Part shown: positions 1 through 13,200 of the stretch, piece after piece | How positions within the stretch are numbered: the stretch's first letter is position 1 | How the letters are laid out: each line of letters begins with the position of its first letter | Origin: Selaginella moellendorffii | Lineage: Eukaryota; Plantae; Lycopodiophyta | Assembly: GCF_000143415.4 (NCBI RefSeq) | Contig: NW_003314420.1 | Coordinates: forward strand, 107,569-171,568 | DNA length: 64,000 bases | Reading direction: 5' to 3' | The notes under the pieces: generated by a model | The model's database searches: none | What the model was told of the DNA's origin: nothing | What the model saw: only the letters and a program-made list of their open reading frames with translations | Program-made: the position numbers and the translations under genes

Positions 1-473
1 GTGCACAACTCGTTTCTAACAATATGTCACAATCTCAACTGTCAACCGTCCATGTTGCACACCACTGGATTGGAAAAGAGAATATCTATCCCCCGATGCC
101 AATAGAAGCAGGAAGATCTTTTAGAAGTTAAAGAAGTACCTCTTTCCATAGGAAGACACACTTACCTTAAGCTTTTATGTTCGAGATGGATAAAATGAGA
201 AATAGGGAGTCAGCCTCTTCCCACTTTGTGCCAGTGCAACAAGTTAATTTATTTTTATCTTTTTTTTACTTGAATTTGTCCTAAACATTTGCCAGAGTAA
301 ATCCTGGTACTTTGATCTATTGCTAATGGTGGGCATTTCTGTTTTGCTATGGCTAACCTCTTAAAGAGATCAAGAGAAAGATATTGCATTACATATTTAA
401 ATAAAACAAAAGACAAAGAAGCAAGAACTGTTTTAAACGAAACCGTGAAAGAGAATGTCTGACTAATATAATT

Positions 474-2594
474 TTATCTTTTTGCAAGGTCGCACATTAG
501 CTTGAGGTGTCTGACTTTCTGATGTTGCATACTCTCGAAAGTACCATAGTCTTCAATCAAGGTGTCCATGATACCTGTTACATATAAAGAAGAAAAAACT
601 AAAATTAAGCTAACAGCTAGCTACCTGAGCAGACATCAAACATTCCAAAATCCATGTATTCCGTATAGTGATGGATATACACCCGTTTTCTAAACAACAT
701 GTTGAACGAGTGTTTCATAGCTAACAGCCGATTCCTGAAAGATCTTGACACTAAGTATATAGATTCTGGTTGTAGATACCTGATACAAGTGTTATTTGCA
801 AGGCATACAAGGGACAGGGGTATTCCAGAAGCGGGCTGACGACAAACACCAACTTTAAAACCGCCAGTATTCCAGTGAATCTGTGAAATAGGAGTAAAAA
901 GTTAGTACACAAAATTCAAACATACGAAACCATGTTTAGACGTTGGCTTGATCGGACAATATTCTCGTTTACATCCGAAATGCTACACGGTGTCCCTCTT
1001 AACAGAAATGCGCAATTAAAATATACAGATTCCAAAGGGTTAGATTTTATAAGATAATTGTCTTTTGAGAGAGCATCACTGAAAAGCTGAACAATGACAG
1101 ACAGGATCAGTCATCATATACAATCCGAATTACAAAGACCTGATTAACGAGCTTTGTGTGCTGGTTGGGATGCCAGGGTAATTTCCCTAAATAATTAAAT
1201 TTAGCACGAAATTCGAAGAGCGTTGGCTTACCTTTAGTGTGTAAAAAGTGCCATGCTTGATATGAGGTAATGTAAACGCGGATAGGGTATTAGATTTGTA
1301 GTAATTTCGTTCAAATCGACTGTCAAATACGAATTATACAAAATTGCAAAGAAATGCCAGGCATATTGCACCGTTAAGCTGGCCCTCAAAACGCATAGAA
1401 CTGGTTAGATTCAAAAGCAGTGAAGAGACTAAAGCATTCATCGCGTCGAAAGGCGCCTTATTCCTTTTTTCTTCAGATGATTGACATTTATGTTGGCTTT
1501 TTTTTCTGTTAAAGTCACAGTTACAATGAATTATTTTGAGCATGAAATCTGGAACCTAAGTATGTCTATAAGAGCCTGGTTTTCAATTGGAAAAACACAA
1601 TCCGCATGTTGAGTGAGGGATCCAATAGATAGAACACTAAAATAGGATGCGAAGTTTAGCATTTAATGAGCCTTTAAAGGTACCTGTTATAAGGCGATGT
1701 AATAACGTCGTCATCTGTGGATGGGAAAAGAGATGCAGAAAATCTAAAAACTTTCGGATAAGCATCCTATGTGGCATTCGTTAATACTTGTAAAAGATGT
1801 TATCGATGCACTTACATGCAAAAGTTCCAGAATGTAGCTTCCAAGACCAGAACCAGTTCCTCCTCCAAGTGAATGCAAGAGAAAAAAACCCTGCAATGAA
1901 CTGCAAATCTCTGCCTGGGGAAAACGTTGTTTGAGGTTCATATTTCTTTTGTACCTCACGGCGTACTTTTTCGATAATAGTATCTGAGTACTTTGGACCA
2001 TAAAAGTTATGTCCATGAGCCCTTCACGGCAGCAAACAATGATTGTGGTTACGAATTCTCATTGATAATTATACCAGTTGTTTCCGGAGCCAGAGATATC
2101 TGTGATAAGCTGTGTTGAATTGAACAACTCGGATAAATTGCCCTAAAGAATATTTAAAATTTGAGAAGAAAAATTTGTATGCAGACCCTTAAAAGCTGAT
2201 TCACAACTCCTTCTTCCATATCCACTAAGACTGCCCTGGCCTACAAAAACAGATGTAAGGAAAGGAGAGACTATGGAGTATAACTTTTAAGGTAAATATC
2301 GGATGAGTCCCATCCCCAACTGGAAGGTTGATAGGAGGATCAAAGCGAGCATCTACATTGTGGAAGTAGCTGAAGCACAAGGAGTTTGTTACATATAATG
2401 ATAATCACAATACCTGCTTAAAGAATCGTCAAACCACCCATTTGAATTACAGGCAGCGTGCTCCTTGAGTGCCATTTCCCAAAATTTGTATCCAAGCTGT
2501 GCTAAAAATACTCCACATTAAACGAAAGAGGATTGGGTAGAAGAACCTGATTGCCGCATTGTCCACATTGGATGGTGATAACCTCTCTTGGCAT
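474..2594 (-). CDS. TUBE1: Epsilon-tubulin, multi-exon with ~50-bp introns
   Basis: Manual translation: MPREVITIQCGQCGNQ (ATG 2594), LGYKFWEMALKEHA, ARAVLVDMEEGVVN, DISGSGNNW, FFLLHSLGGGTGSGLGSYILE, DDDVITSPYN; last exon ends CDLAKR-TAA at 474. GT-AG introns, e.g. 1767-1815 (49 bp). Confidence 0.92.
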
Positions 2595-3300
2595 TATCTT
2601 TTACCCTAATTAGGTGGACCAATGGGATATGTGGAATTTGCATGTCAAACTGCCACATCAGAATGAAAAGGGCAAAAGGGGCAAGAGGCTCTGCGTCGTT
2701 TAGAATTTGAAACTTCAAATTATCTTTAAACGGAATACAAAGCCTTTAGATCTAAATAAATGTTTGTAGGAAATCAATAGAGCGACCAGAGTTTGCTCAG
2801 TGCAGCGTTATTGAATCTTTCCCATTTTAGAGTGCATTGAGAAAGAAAAATAGGCTTCTATGTTGAAAGCTGTTGGACTACCATCTTTGTAGCTGCCCTA
2901 TTATTGTCCTTATACTATATGTCTTTAACAGTTCCATTCAAGGTCGTCTCGCTGGCAAGGTAGGAGAAGATTTATAGGTGCCATTTATTATTTAATCGGT
3001 CCACAATCTATATCCATCAGACGAGTGATAAAAGCCATGTCCATATCAAGAAGGAGAACAAGATGGATACCTTAACTCATTAAACAGTTCCAAAGACACA
3101 ACATGACATTCTCTATTGCTTGAGTGTTGATAGAAAATACATGTCGTTTGGTTTGCTCATTTATTGTTCAAAGATTGATCCTTCTTGAATTTTGTCCATT
3201 TTTTAACTGAATTTCCCGAACCGAGAACATATTTCATCTTTTCGGTTCAAGGAAAAGGCGTGCTCATTCTTTTAGCAAAAAATATACAAATTATTACAAA

Positions 3301-3342
3301 AATAAATAAAATAAAATAAAATAAAATAAAATAAAATAAAAA
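3301..3342 (+). repeat. (AAAAT)n microsatellite
   Basis: About 8 tandem AAAAT units. Confidence 0.9.
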
Positions 3343-5559
3343 TCTTATGTCAAGTGTTGTCTGGCAATTGAGCAGCCAATTCTAGACTATCTGCACCATT
3401 CTAGACAATGTAGACCTAATTCCTGGAACAAGGATGGTGCAAGCTGGATTTTGCAGCTACTTCTCCCAGGGCTTTGTATCACAGCCGGTAGAGAATAACC
3501 CACTGGTTGTCATAGCAGAGATCATGGTGGAGAAGAGTTGATAATGGAAGAAGGCTATAAAGTTGAGTTGACGTTCCAGGGCTCACGGCTGTTACAATCG
3601 TTTGGCTTGATTTCGTCGGAGCATGGGCCTCAATATTGCAGGGGAAAGAGACGTCTTTCGTTAAGGTGGAGATTATTCTCGCGTTCAATTAACAACAGAA
3701 CGCTCTTCAAGTAAGTAGCCGTGTATTTTATTGCAGAAGTAAAACGATGAATTTTCCTTCATGAAAGCTCTCGAATTTCTTTTTGAAGAGCTAGATTATA
3801 TCATGCAGTCCTTTTCACCTTTTCATTGTATTCATTTCTACTCAATGGTGTAAGCACTTTCTCATATTTCTGCAGTAATAGTCATGGAGTTAATACTAAT
3901 ATGCATTGCTCAAGAAGATTATAACCAGGTGATGCTTGGAAGAGCTATCAGCAGTGAACGATATTTGCTAATTCGTGAAGGATGTCCCTGCTTTAAACTC
4001 CTCTTGAGTAAGCACACCATTCCCTACAAAAGTCAGCATTTTTAAGCTTTGAAAGCTCTGGAAGTGGTTGTGGCTCTGGTTGGATTACTCTTTTTTTTTT
4101 GTTCTTGCTCTAATACCATTATCACTATGCATAGATGGATGTCATCTACTATAATTCTAAAAACTATGCTCAGAGACGTCCAAAGAATATTCCACTAAAG
4201 TTGGTAATGAGAAAATACATTGCTCTAGGTCTTTGCTTTATCATATCTTGACCACAACTCAATCCCAAAATTATCTACTAAAAAGATCAGATCAGCAAAT
4301 ATCTTGTTAGATAAGGATCTCAGCTGTGAGCTCAGCAAGCTTTCCAAGCAGAAAGACAAGGAGTCAAAGTAAGTTTTCTAATGCTATTGTTTCCTCTTAT
4401 TCTTTCAAGAAGGTATGGTACATAAGGACAAAGCTGCGGAAGTCCAAGAAGCTGATCGTGTGAGGCTTGCAAAGATGGTTGGAGAATTGAAGCTGAACTT
4501 GCAGAGCATCCAGTTGCTAAAAAATCTAGTTTGATTTGAAAAACAATCGCCAGGGCATCAAGGTTCTAGAAAGGCTGGAAACTATTTGAAACTAACAATT
4601 TGAAACTAATTTGGAACTGGATACAAAGTTTTGACAAATGTGTTTTTTCCAGGGCAAATCTTCTTGCAATATCAAATTTCAAGCAAGAGTTTTTGGCTAT
4701 CTAGCATCCAATGACTACAGAACCTGGTTTCATAAGGTCAGCAATTCTTGCTGCCTTGAACTTTGTTCAAGTTTTCAGCAATGGCTTAAGAAGAAATTTA
4801 CTTCCAAAGCTTTGAGTTTCTGGATTCACACCATGTATAGATTGCCTAGTATGAAGCATAAGCCAAAAAGTTTTTAGGCTTAATGCATGCAACCTCCGGA
4901 GCTCTACCTGGAAGACGGAACTAGAATTCAATGTTTTTTAGAATGATTTTTCATATAGAGGTCTGAATCAGCTCACACTCCCTGCTGGAATTCTGGCTCA
5001 GGCTCGGTGCACTAATAGCCAGGTCCCTGGAAATAGCTTCTGCATTGGGAGCTAGTTCATGAGAGATCCGTCACTTTCTGGGCCAAATGACAAAGAGCAA
5101 GCTCGCGATGTGCCTATGAATAGGATACAACTCGTTATAAATTTTCGAAAATTCAAGCATGAAGAGCACCACGGGATTCTTTGAAGCGTAAATGGAAGCA
5201 GCAGGACATGGAAATGGTTTAAAAAGAAGACAGGCTAAGAGGAGGACCAAGAGGACGACAACCAACTACCATTGTATAGCTAGAAAAGAAATATGAAAAG
5301 AATGGGTGGAGTTATTTTTTTCCTGGTGCTGGAAGATCTTGATCCCACTTTGGGTAAAGGCTTCTACTTTTATAAGCAGGTAAATCTGGAATTATGAATG
5401 CTTCTTTTCTGAGCACCTCCAGCCAAGAGCAAGAAGTAGAAGAAGATGGTGCTGCGACCTCCGGTTATTATCTTCCAGTGATTTTCGAGGAGCCGCACCA
5501 AAAACTCTGGAAGAGGTTAGCAGTAGAACTTCTCATTGATCAATAGGAGGCAACTCGAT

Positions 5560-7000
5560 ATGCCTGAGCTATAAACCATGGAGGCACCTCTTCTCATAGC
5601 CCAGAAAAAATTCCAGAGAAGTGGAGAACCAATTTGGGACGACAACCAGCTCCAGCATCCGAGTCCTCTCCTCTGGTTCCTTAGACGATGAGCTGCTCAA
5701 GGTCTTCTGCTCATTCTCGTCAGGTAATGGTTTTCTGTGCAGGTGTGCTACAAAATTGAAGACTCACCTGTTCCACCAACACCATTTCCCATGGTCGAGG
5801 AAACAGGATTGCAGACAATGCACCACTTTCTGCAAAACCTGATGTAGAAGAGGTTGCTGTGGACAGTGAGGGTGTGAAGATTGTCAATATTTCTGTGGAG
5901 TCTAAGTCAAGTTACTATACAATGTAGCACTGACTTTGTGATGTCTTCAAAGAGCGTAACAACTGGGTACAACTTCTGGATTGGAGGTAAATCACGTATT
6001 TGTTTCATCAATCACGTATGTTATTAATCAAGTGGCACATCAGGGTGCTGGAAAGACCTCTATATTATGCGCTGATGGGCCAGGGTGGCGACATTAGCAT
6101 GAACACTGATACCAACGATTTTTTTCCAGACATGGAATGGCATGAAAGTGTTTATTGTGGTGTTGGATACATAGATGTGGCAGGTGTTAACTTGCAGGTA
6201 AAATTTTCTTCCTTACTCGGCTTTGATTGGTTTACTGATTGGTTCCATGTAGGACCTGTCATACAAAGAAGAGCAGCTGAAGAATGATTTGTTGAGAGCA
6301 GATCCGTATGAAAGCCTTGACTTGGTAGTTCTTGTGCACAATCTGGCTCACAAGATTCCCAGGCTGCAACAACAGGCTGCCGATCACTCTCGACCAGCTC
6401 TTGGCACCCTCCTGGACGAGATCACTACTGCTTTTTTGTTTTCACCACAATGGCTTTTTTGGACATGATCCGGAGAAGGAGAAGCGATCGTTTGTATAAC
6501 CTGGAAAATGTTAGAGGTTAGAGTGAAATGTAACTTTGTTTTCTCAGCTAGCTTGGGTGGAGTATGGCGATGATATATGGTGATTGATGAATCGGCGATC
6601 AGAAATATACTATGAAGAGCTATCCAAGGTTCACAGTTTGTCATGAAACGGAATGAGAACACCATGCTTGTTTTGCAGATGCTGGCCCACGAGAATGGGT
6701 GGCAGCTGGGAGTTCGTTGTGCTGTACAATGGATCGGATTAGCTTGTTGGATGCACTCATCAGAATGAGTACTTCCAAGTGAGTGAGGCCCTTAGACACA
6801 TCGTGCATGGTTTTAATACAACCGTTGTTGAGCTCAGGCAGTTGGCACAGAAGAGGATGGAATGGACACCACCACGGATTGGGAGCTTCCTTTGTCCCGG
6901 AGACCAGAGTGGCCATGAGCTGGATCCTTTGTCCCAGAGACCAGAGTGGCTGCGAGCTGGAACAGTTAAGGCTATTGTGGTGGTAACACATCACAGCTGA
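5560..7000 (+). pseudogene. Degenerate C-terminal part of a plant lipase class 3 family gene (At3g07400-like)
   Basis: Recognised peptides TIQCSTDFVMSSKSV, GVGYIDVAGVNLQ and SLDLVVLVHNLAHKIPRLQQ..RPALGTLLDEI, separated by short introns, with stops and frameshifts. Boundaries approximate. Confidence 0.6.
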
Positions 7001-9693
7001 GCAGCACCCCTCTCTGTTCGATCACTGGTCCACAAAGATCTTATCGATATCGATATCAAGGAGCCACTGAAGAAGAACCTGAGTAATTTCAGCCAAAGAG
7101 ATTGAGTGAGCTCTCCAGTTGCCAATGACCCGACTACCATTGCTCTGGCAGCCTCTGCTCAGGTTGTCCACTGGTGAATTCCAAATATCTTCACACCCAG
7201 CTCAACGATCTCCAAACCAAGCGACGGGAACTTTAATGAACAGGAAAGCATCAACTCACTACTTAGTGTGTGGGCAATGCTTGAACGAACAAGAGAGCGA
7301 ACCCTAGGCCAACCTCCCAACCCTTAAAGCATTACGGCCTTAAATCCTACAGGCCATAGAATATTCTCAGAATATTCCTGTGGTTCCTTTCATTCTCCCC
7401 TCCCTCATGACCCAGCCACATACGGCAGCCTTGGGAAGCTAAACAAGCCTTAAATGAAAGGAGTCCAAGGCAATATGGCCATGGAGAAAAGATGTGCAAA
7501 TGGCAACACCGACATCACGATAAATGGCCACGAAAGAAAGAAAGCAATACGACTTTCTCGCATGACAATATGGTCATGGAAACAATAGAATGAGAATAGA
7601 ACAAACGGCTCAAATCTATAGCAATACGGCTATAGAACTCAATTCTCCCTTTTTTTAGGAATGTCATCCAAGTCATAACCAAAACACGGAAACACTCTCT
7701 TCACATCATCCTTAGTTTCCGATGTAGCTTCGTCCATGGAATAACCATTCCACTGAACTAACAACTCCCTAGTTGTCTTCCGGCATGTTTTCACCAATCT
7801 TTGAGCAAGAATACTGGCTAGACTAGCCTTCTCTACATCAATCTCTAGGACCTGAATGATGGACTGATCCATGACATCACTAGAGTGCAAACATGCTTTA
7901 AACTTGCTCATATGGAACATTAGATGAATCTTCAAACTAGCTAGCAAGTCCAAAGTGTATGCAAGATCCCCCACATGCTGTAAAATTGTCCAAGGCCCAC
8001 AATACCGTGGAGACAACTTAGCACTACCACTTCCTTTCAAAGACCATTGTGCATCCAACAGCTTAAGGAAAACCTTGTCACCAACTTTGTACTCTTGATG
8101 ATGACAATGCTCATCAGCTAATCTTTTGTCTCGCTCTTGAGCTTGCCTCATATTCAACTTTGCCAACTCAATGTAAGCCACAAATTTTTCTTTTCCAATT
8201 TGCTAGCTTACCTCGTCTATCCGACCAACACTGCCTTGGCTTGTGCTAAGTTCCCTCGCCACTAGTAAAGCAAGGCTGGGTTCAAGTCCCGACCCCATAC
8301 TAGGGCGTGGTGAGGTGAGGGGTATAGGGACACCTATATTCCGTTGTTATGGGCTCTTGGCCAGGGAGGCTAACTTAGGCACACCGCTAAGTGGGGGGAT
8401 GCCCCTGGAGACATGGTCAACAAGTCGTAGGATAAAAAGAGATGTTCGATGTGGGCATCGAACTTCTTCTATGGGTGGTGGAGTTGTAAGGAACCAACTC
8501 CCCGAGGTGTCATAGGCTAAAGGATCCCCGAAAGCATGACCGAAATGACAAAGAGTTCATCGGATGGGACCAAGTCGAAGATCGAGTCCAAGACCGACTC
8601 TGAGACCAAGTTCGAGATAGAGTCCGGGATCGAGTCTGAGGTCGAATCGGAGACCGAGTTCGAGACCGAGTCTGAAGTCGGGTCCGAGATCGAGTCCGAG
8701 ATCGAATTCTAGACTAAGTCCAAATACTAATATGGGTTAAGGGGTGAAAGCCCAAAGTGTGCTTCTCCCCGGGGGGGGGGGGGGGGGCGGGCTGTAGGGG
8801 GTTCCAAAAGTATAGTAGGGATAGTGAGGTCCAGGTTCAGTCTTGAAGGAACTCTCTAGTGGTGCTTCCAAACTGACTTGAGGTTGAGACTGGGGCTGAG
8901 GGGCCTTGGGTGGGAGTGAGCATGGGCTTGGGTGGTGCCGAAGGGGCCACCTAGGGAAGTGCTCAAGAGCAGCTCCCACTCCCGAAAGGGAAACCAAATG
9001 CGGTGCTCTCAGCTCATGTGGAGTGGTGCCCCACTTGAGTACCTTGTGGCTCATTAGTCCTCGCCCTTTCTAGGGGAAGGCCCAGGAAACCGACTGCGGT
9101 GCTCCCGGCTCATGTGGAGTGATGCCCCACTTGGGGGTTGAGACTCGAACCCAACCTCCGTAGAATACGTCTACGGATTCGACATCCCTGCGGGGAGTCG
9201 GGCATAGTGCCCTATGCCTGGTCGACCTAGCCAACCCATGCTAATTAGCTTACCTTCGGCATGCCTTCGGGTCCCAACATATGCCATTGCTCAACTTCAC
9301 AAATTGATATTTTAATTGAACTTTGCATAAGTACATAGAGTTCTGCCTTGTAGAAATTCCTCCACTAGATCTCGCGCGTTTGCTAGGTTCTCCTCCGGTT
9401 CCCATGTTACTTCGTAGTGTGGAAATCCTTTCCACTTCACATGGAATTCTCTCACCTTGCGTCCTTGTCGCTTACTCTTGCACGCATTGAGGATGGCCTC
9501 GACTTCGTATTCCTCTTCCCCTTGGATAACCTCAGGTAAAGGTCTTACTTGGTCCTTGCAAAGCGGATCCTCAAAGTACGGCTTGAGTAAGTTCACGTGG
9601 AATACTGGGTGCCTCTTCCCCATCTCTCGAGGAAGTCGGAGACGGTAAGCCACTTTACCGATTCGTGCCTCAATCTCGTAAGGTCCCGCGAAC

Positions 9694-9745
9694 CTGCTTA
9701 AGGAACTCAAGATCAATTCATTTGTAGAAATACATGCATTTTTAC
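9694..9745 (-). other. Predicted 52-bp spliceosomal intron before the integrase GPY/F motif (family A copy 1)
   Basis: AG|GTAAAA..TTCCTTAAGCAG|G; removal restores RKLTQRFAGPYEI. Confidence 0.85.
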
Positions 9746-10163
9746 CTTTGGGTCAGCTTCCGGCTGATCCCATTTGGTAGCCTAAGGTTCTTGGTGTTCA
9801 GCCACACCTTCTCCCCAGCTTGGAACTTTACATCCCAACGCTTCTGGTTTGCGTACTTGGTTTGCCTTTGTTGAGCTCGTTCCAAGGAATCCCTCACTAA
9901 ATTCTAGATGTTGAGTCTTTCCACTGTGAATGCCTCCACTATGGGTAACTCTCCATGATACTCGGCCACGCCGAGTTCCACAGGACCTTCAATAGCTTGT
10001 CCATTGATGACTTCCCATAGACTCACCCCGATACTTGAATGTGGTGAGTTGTTATAACACATTTCCGCAAGTCCCAAATGACTTACCCAATCGGTCTAGT
10101 CTCCCGAGACATAGCATCGCAAATAATCCTCTAGCTGCCTATTCACCCTTTCCGTTTGTCCAT

Positions 10164-10210
10164 CTGTCAAGAAGTGTTAGTGCCATCAAACTTGACTTAA
10201 TACCCAATAC
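10164..10210 (-). other. Predicted 47-bp spliceosomal intron in integrase core (family A copy 1)
   Basis: GTATTG..CACTAAC..TTCTTGACAG; removal restores HPQ(I)DGQTERVN. Confidence 0.85.
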
Positions 10211-13200
10211 CTATCTGTGGGTGATAGGCTGTGCTGGATTTCAACTTAGTGCGATACTGTTCCAGGAGAGTTCTCCAGAACTTACTAGTGAAGATCTTAT
10301 CTCGATCTGAGATAATCTCTTCTGGCCTTCCCTGCACTCAAACCACTTGTTCGAAGAATAGCTTCGCCACACCTTCTGCATCCACTTCCGTTGTGGTGGG
10401 TATGAAATGTGCCATTTTCAAAAATCGGTCCACCACCACGAATATCGTATCAAGCCCCTCGCTTGGGGGGAGTCCCGTGATGAAGTCCATCGTAAGACAT
10501 TTCCACGGACGATCTGGAATTGGGATGCTTTGCAACAAGCCCCCACTAGCCTTAGTCACGGCTTTGACCTGCTGACATGTTGGACATGTCTTTACATAGT
10601 CTTGGACGTCCTTAGCCATATCTGGCCAGTGATACTTCCTCTTGAGTAAGCCCATCATCTTGGGCACTTCGTCGTGTCTCGCAAGAAGTCCGTCATGACA
10701 CTCTTCTAAGGCTACCTTCCTTAGTTCCCCTTCTGGAACATACACCCTCGTTTGTTTGTAATAGATGAGTCCGTTGCATTCCGCATAGCCCGTTTTCTCT
10801 TCTGTTGGCAGCTCACCTCTCTGGTGAGCTTCCCATGCCTCTAGATTCCTTAGCAACACTTCTTGTGCTAAACCATCATTCTCATATGCTGTCCGCACAT
10901 CGTCCCAAAAGGTTGCTGTCGCACTGAATATCGCCAACTTCAAGCTCGCTTTTCGACTTAGCGCATTGCATCTGCCACGATGTTGCTCTTCCCAGGCTTG
11001 TACAGGATTTTGCAATCAAACTCGGCCAAGGCATTGGCCCATCGACCTTGTTTCCCTCTTAAGTCGGGCTGTGACAAGAAGTGTTTCGTTGCCACATTGT
11101 CCGTGTAAACCTTGAAGTGTCTCCCAAGGTAGTGTCGCCACTCCTTGAGCACCTTGACCACCGCAAATAGTTCCTTCTCGTGGGCACGCCACTTCCTTTG
11201 AGCCTTGTCCAACTTCTTTGAGAAGAATGCTACTGGATGGTTGTCTTGCTTCAAAACTGCACCCAATGCAAAGTCCGAAGCATCCGTTTCTACCTCAAAG
11301 TCCTTACCAAAGTCTGGTAATGCCAACACGGGAGCCTTCCTCAACTTCCCTTTGAGGTGGATGAATGCCACCTCGCATTCTGCTGTCCATACCATCTTCC
11401 CTTTTCCTATTTGGTCTATTAAGGGCAGGGCTACTCTTGAATAGTGTTTGATAAAATTTCAGTAGTAGTTGCATAGCCCCAAGAATGCCCTCAACTCATG
11501 TACATTCGATGTTCACTCCCATTCCTGGATCGCTTGGACCTTCTCTGGGTCCACCTTGAGCCTGTCCTGGCCCACCACATGCCCGAGAAACTTTAACTCT
11601 TGTTGAGCAAAGTCACATTTGCTCTCTTTAGCATACAGTTTGTGTTCCCTTAGTTTCTCAAACACCTTCGCCAAGTGTTTTGCATGCTCCTCTAGTGTCT
11701 CACTATAGATCAGGATGTCGTCGATATAGACGACCACGAAGTGATCCAGATAGGGTACAAAGATGTGGTTCATCAGCGCCGAGAACGTTGCTGGCGCATT
11801 ATATAGCCCGAAGGGCATTACCAGAAACTCAAACCTCCCATACCTCGCTCGAGATGTTGTCTTCTCAACATCTTCCTTGGCTACCCTGATCTGGTAGTAT
11901 CCTGACCTTAGGTCAATCCTCGAGAAGTATTTTGCCTTTCCCAACCTATCGAACAGGTCCTCAATGCTTGGCAAAGGGTACTTGTTCTTCTTTGTATACT
12001 TGTTGAGCAACCGGTAGTCTATGCACATGCGCATAGATCCATCTTTCTTTTTCACAAATAACACCAGTGCCCCATATGGTGACTTGCTCAAGCTAACATA
12101 CCCTTTGTCCACCAACTCCTCTAGTTGGCACTTGAGCTCCTTGAGTTCTTTTTCGTTCAAACGATAGGGGGGACGAACCACCACCCTCAGCACCCTTGAC
12201 CTGCTCAATCTTATGTTCTATCAGTCGTGCGGGGGGCAACCCTGCTGGTAGCTCCTCCGGCATTGTATCCTGGAATTGGTCCAACACCCACTGGATCACT
12301 AAGGGTACTTCTTCCGTTCCTGTCTTTTTGTCACTCTTTACCGAGAGTAAGCACAAAAAGGCTACTTTAGTTCCTTTAGTGAGTTGTCCTCTCGTAGACA
12401 CCAGGTTTAAGCAAGAATCTTTGGCCTTGCTTTGCCGTACCTTTAGATCCTGGGTCTCCACCCTTGATCTTCTTCCTTGGGCATTTGCCAGTACCACAAG
12501 GTTCCTATGTTGTCCATGTAGGGCTACCATGAACCGATTGAACCAATCCATTCTGAAGATCACGTCAAATCCCGCCATGTCCAACACTGTGAAATCCATG
12601 TCTACTTTCCATGTCCCTACTTCGACTCTCGCTTGTCGAAGTACCTCATCGGTGCTTTGCCTACCTTGAACAAACTCTATAGTCCCTTGTTCACCTAGCT
12701 GCTGCACCGTTAGTCCAGTTTGCCGGACTATGTCTGCAGCCACAAAATTATCCGAAGCACCCGTGTCAATAAGGATCTTAACAAAGCTACCTCTGAGTTT
12801 CCCTTGGAGGGCTAGTAGATGTCGCGAACGACTCTCTATCATGTTGCTCGTGTAATGAGTAACTTTAAGTTAGGGACTGGATCACATACCTCAGTTTGGA
12901 CTTCACCCGACTTGATGGCCATATTGGCTATGGCCTTCTTCAGGTAGGGACATTCCCTCGAAAAGTGTCCCTCTTCACCACAGTTGTAGCATATATTGTT
13001 TCCCACATTGCTATATGACTTGACCTTGTTATCTGTGGGTTTGTCTCTTTTCACTTGACTCCCCCACGTACTTGCTCGCTGGCTACCGGATTTACCTTTC
13101 CGAAACCCCGAGGACTCATTCTTACAGAAACTCTTCTTGAATTTCCTCCTGCTATATGTTCCGTTTGGTTTGGCCCCTTTGCCAAACGTGGATCCCGACC

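Noticed and set aside
2800-5500. Short ORFs and exon-like stretches
   Set aside because: No protein family recognised with confidence; left unannotated.
12839-12842. ATGA overlap suggesting a programmed gag/pol frameshift or reinitiation
   Set aside because: Copies A1 and A2 read GCAACTTTGGTAGAG in frame; copy 1 simply has a 1-bp deletion.
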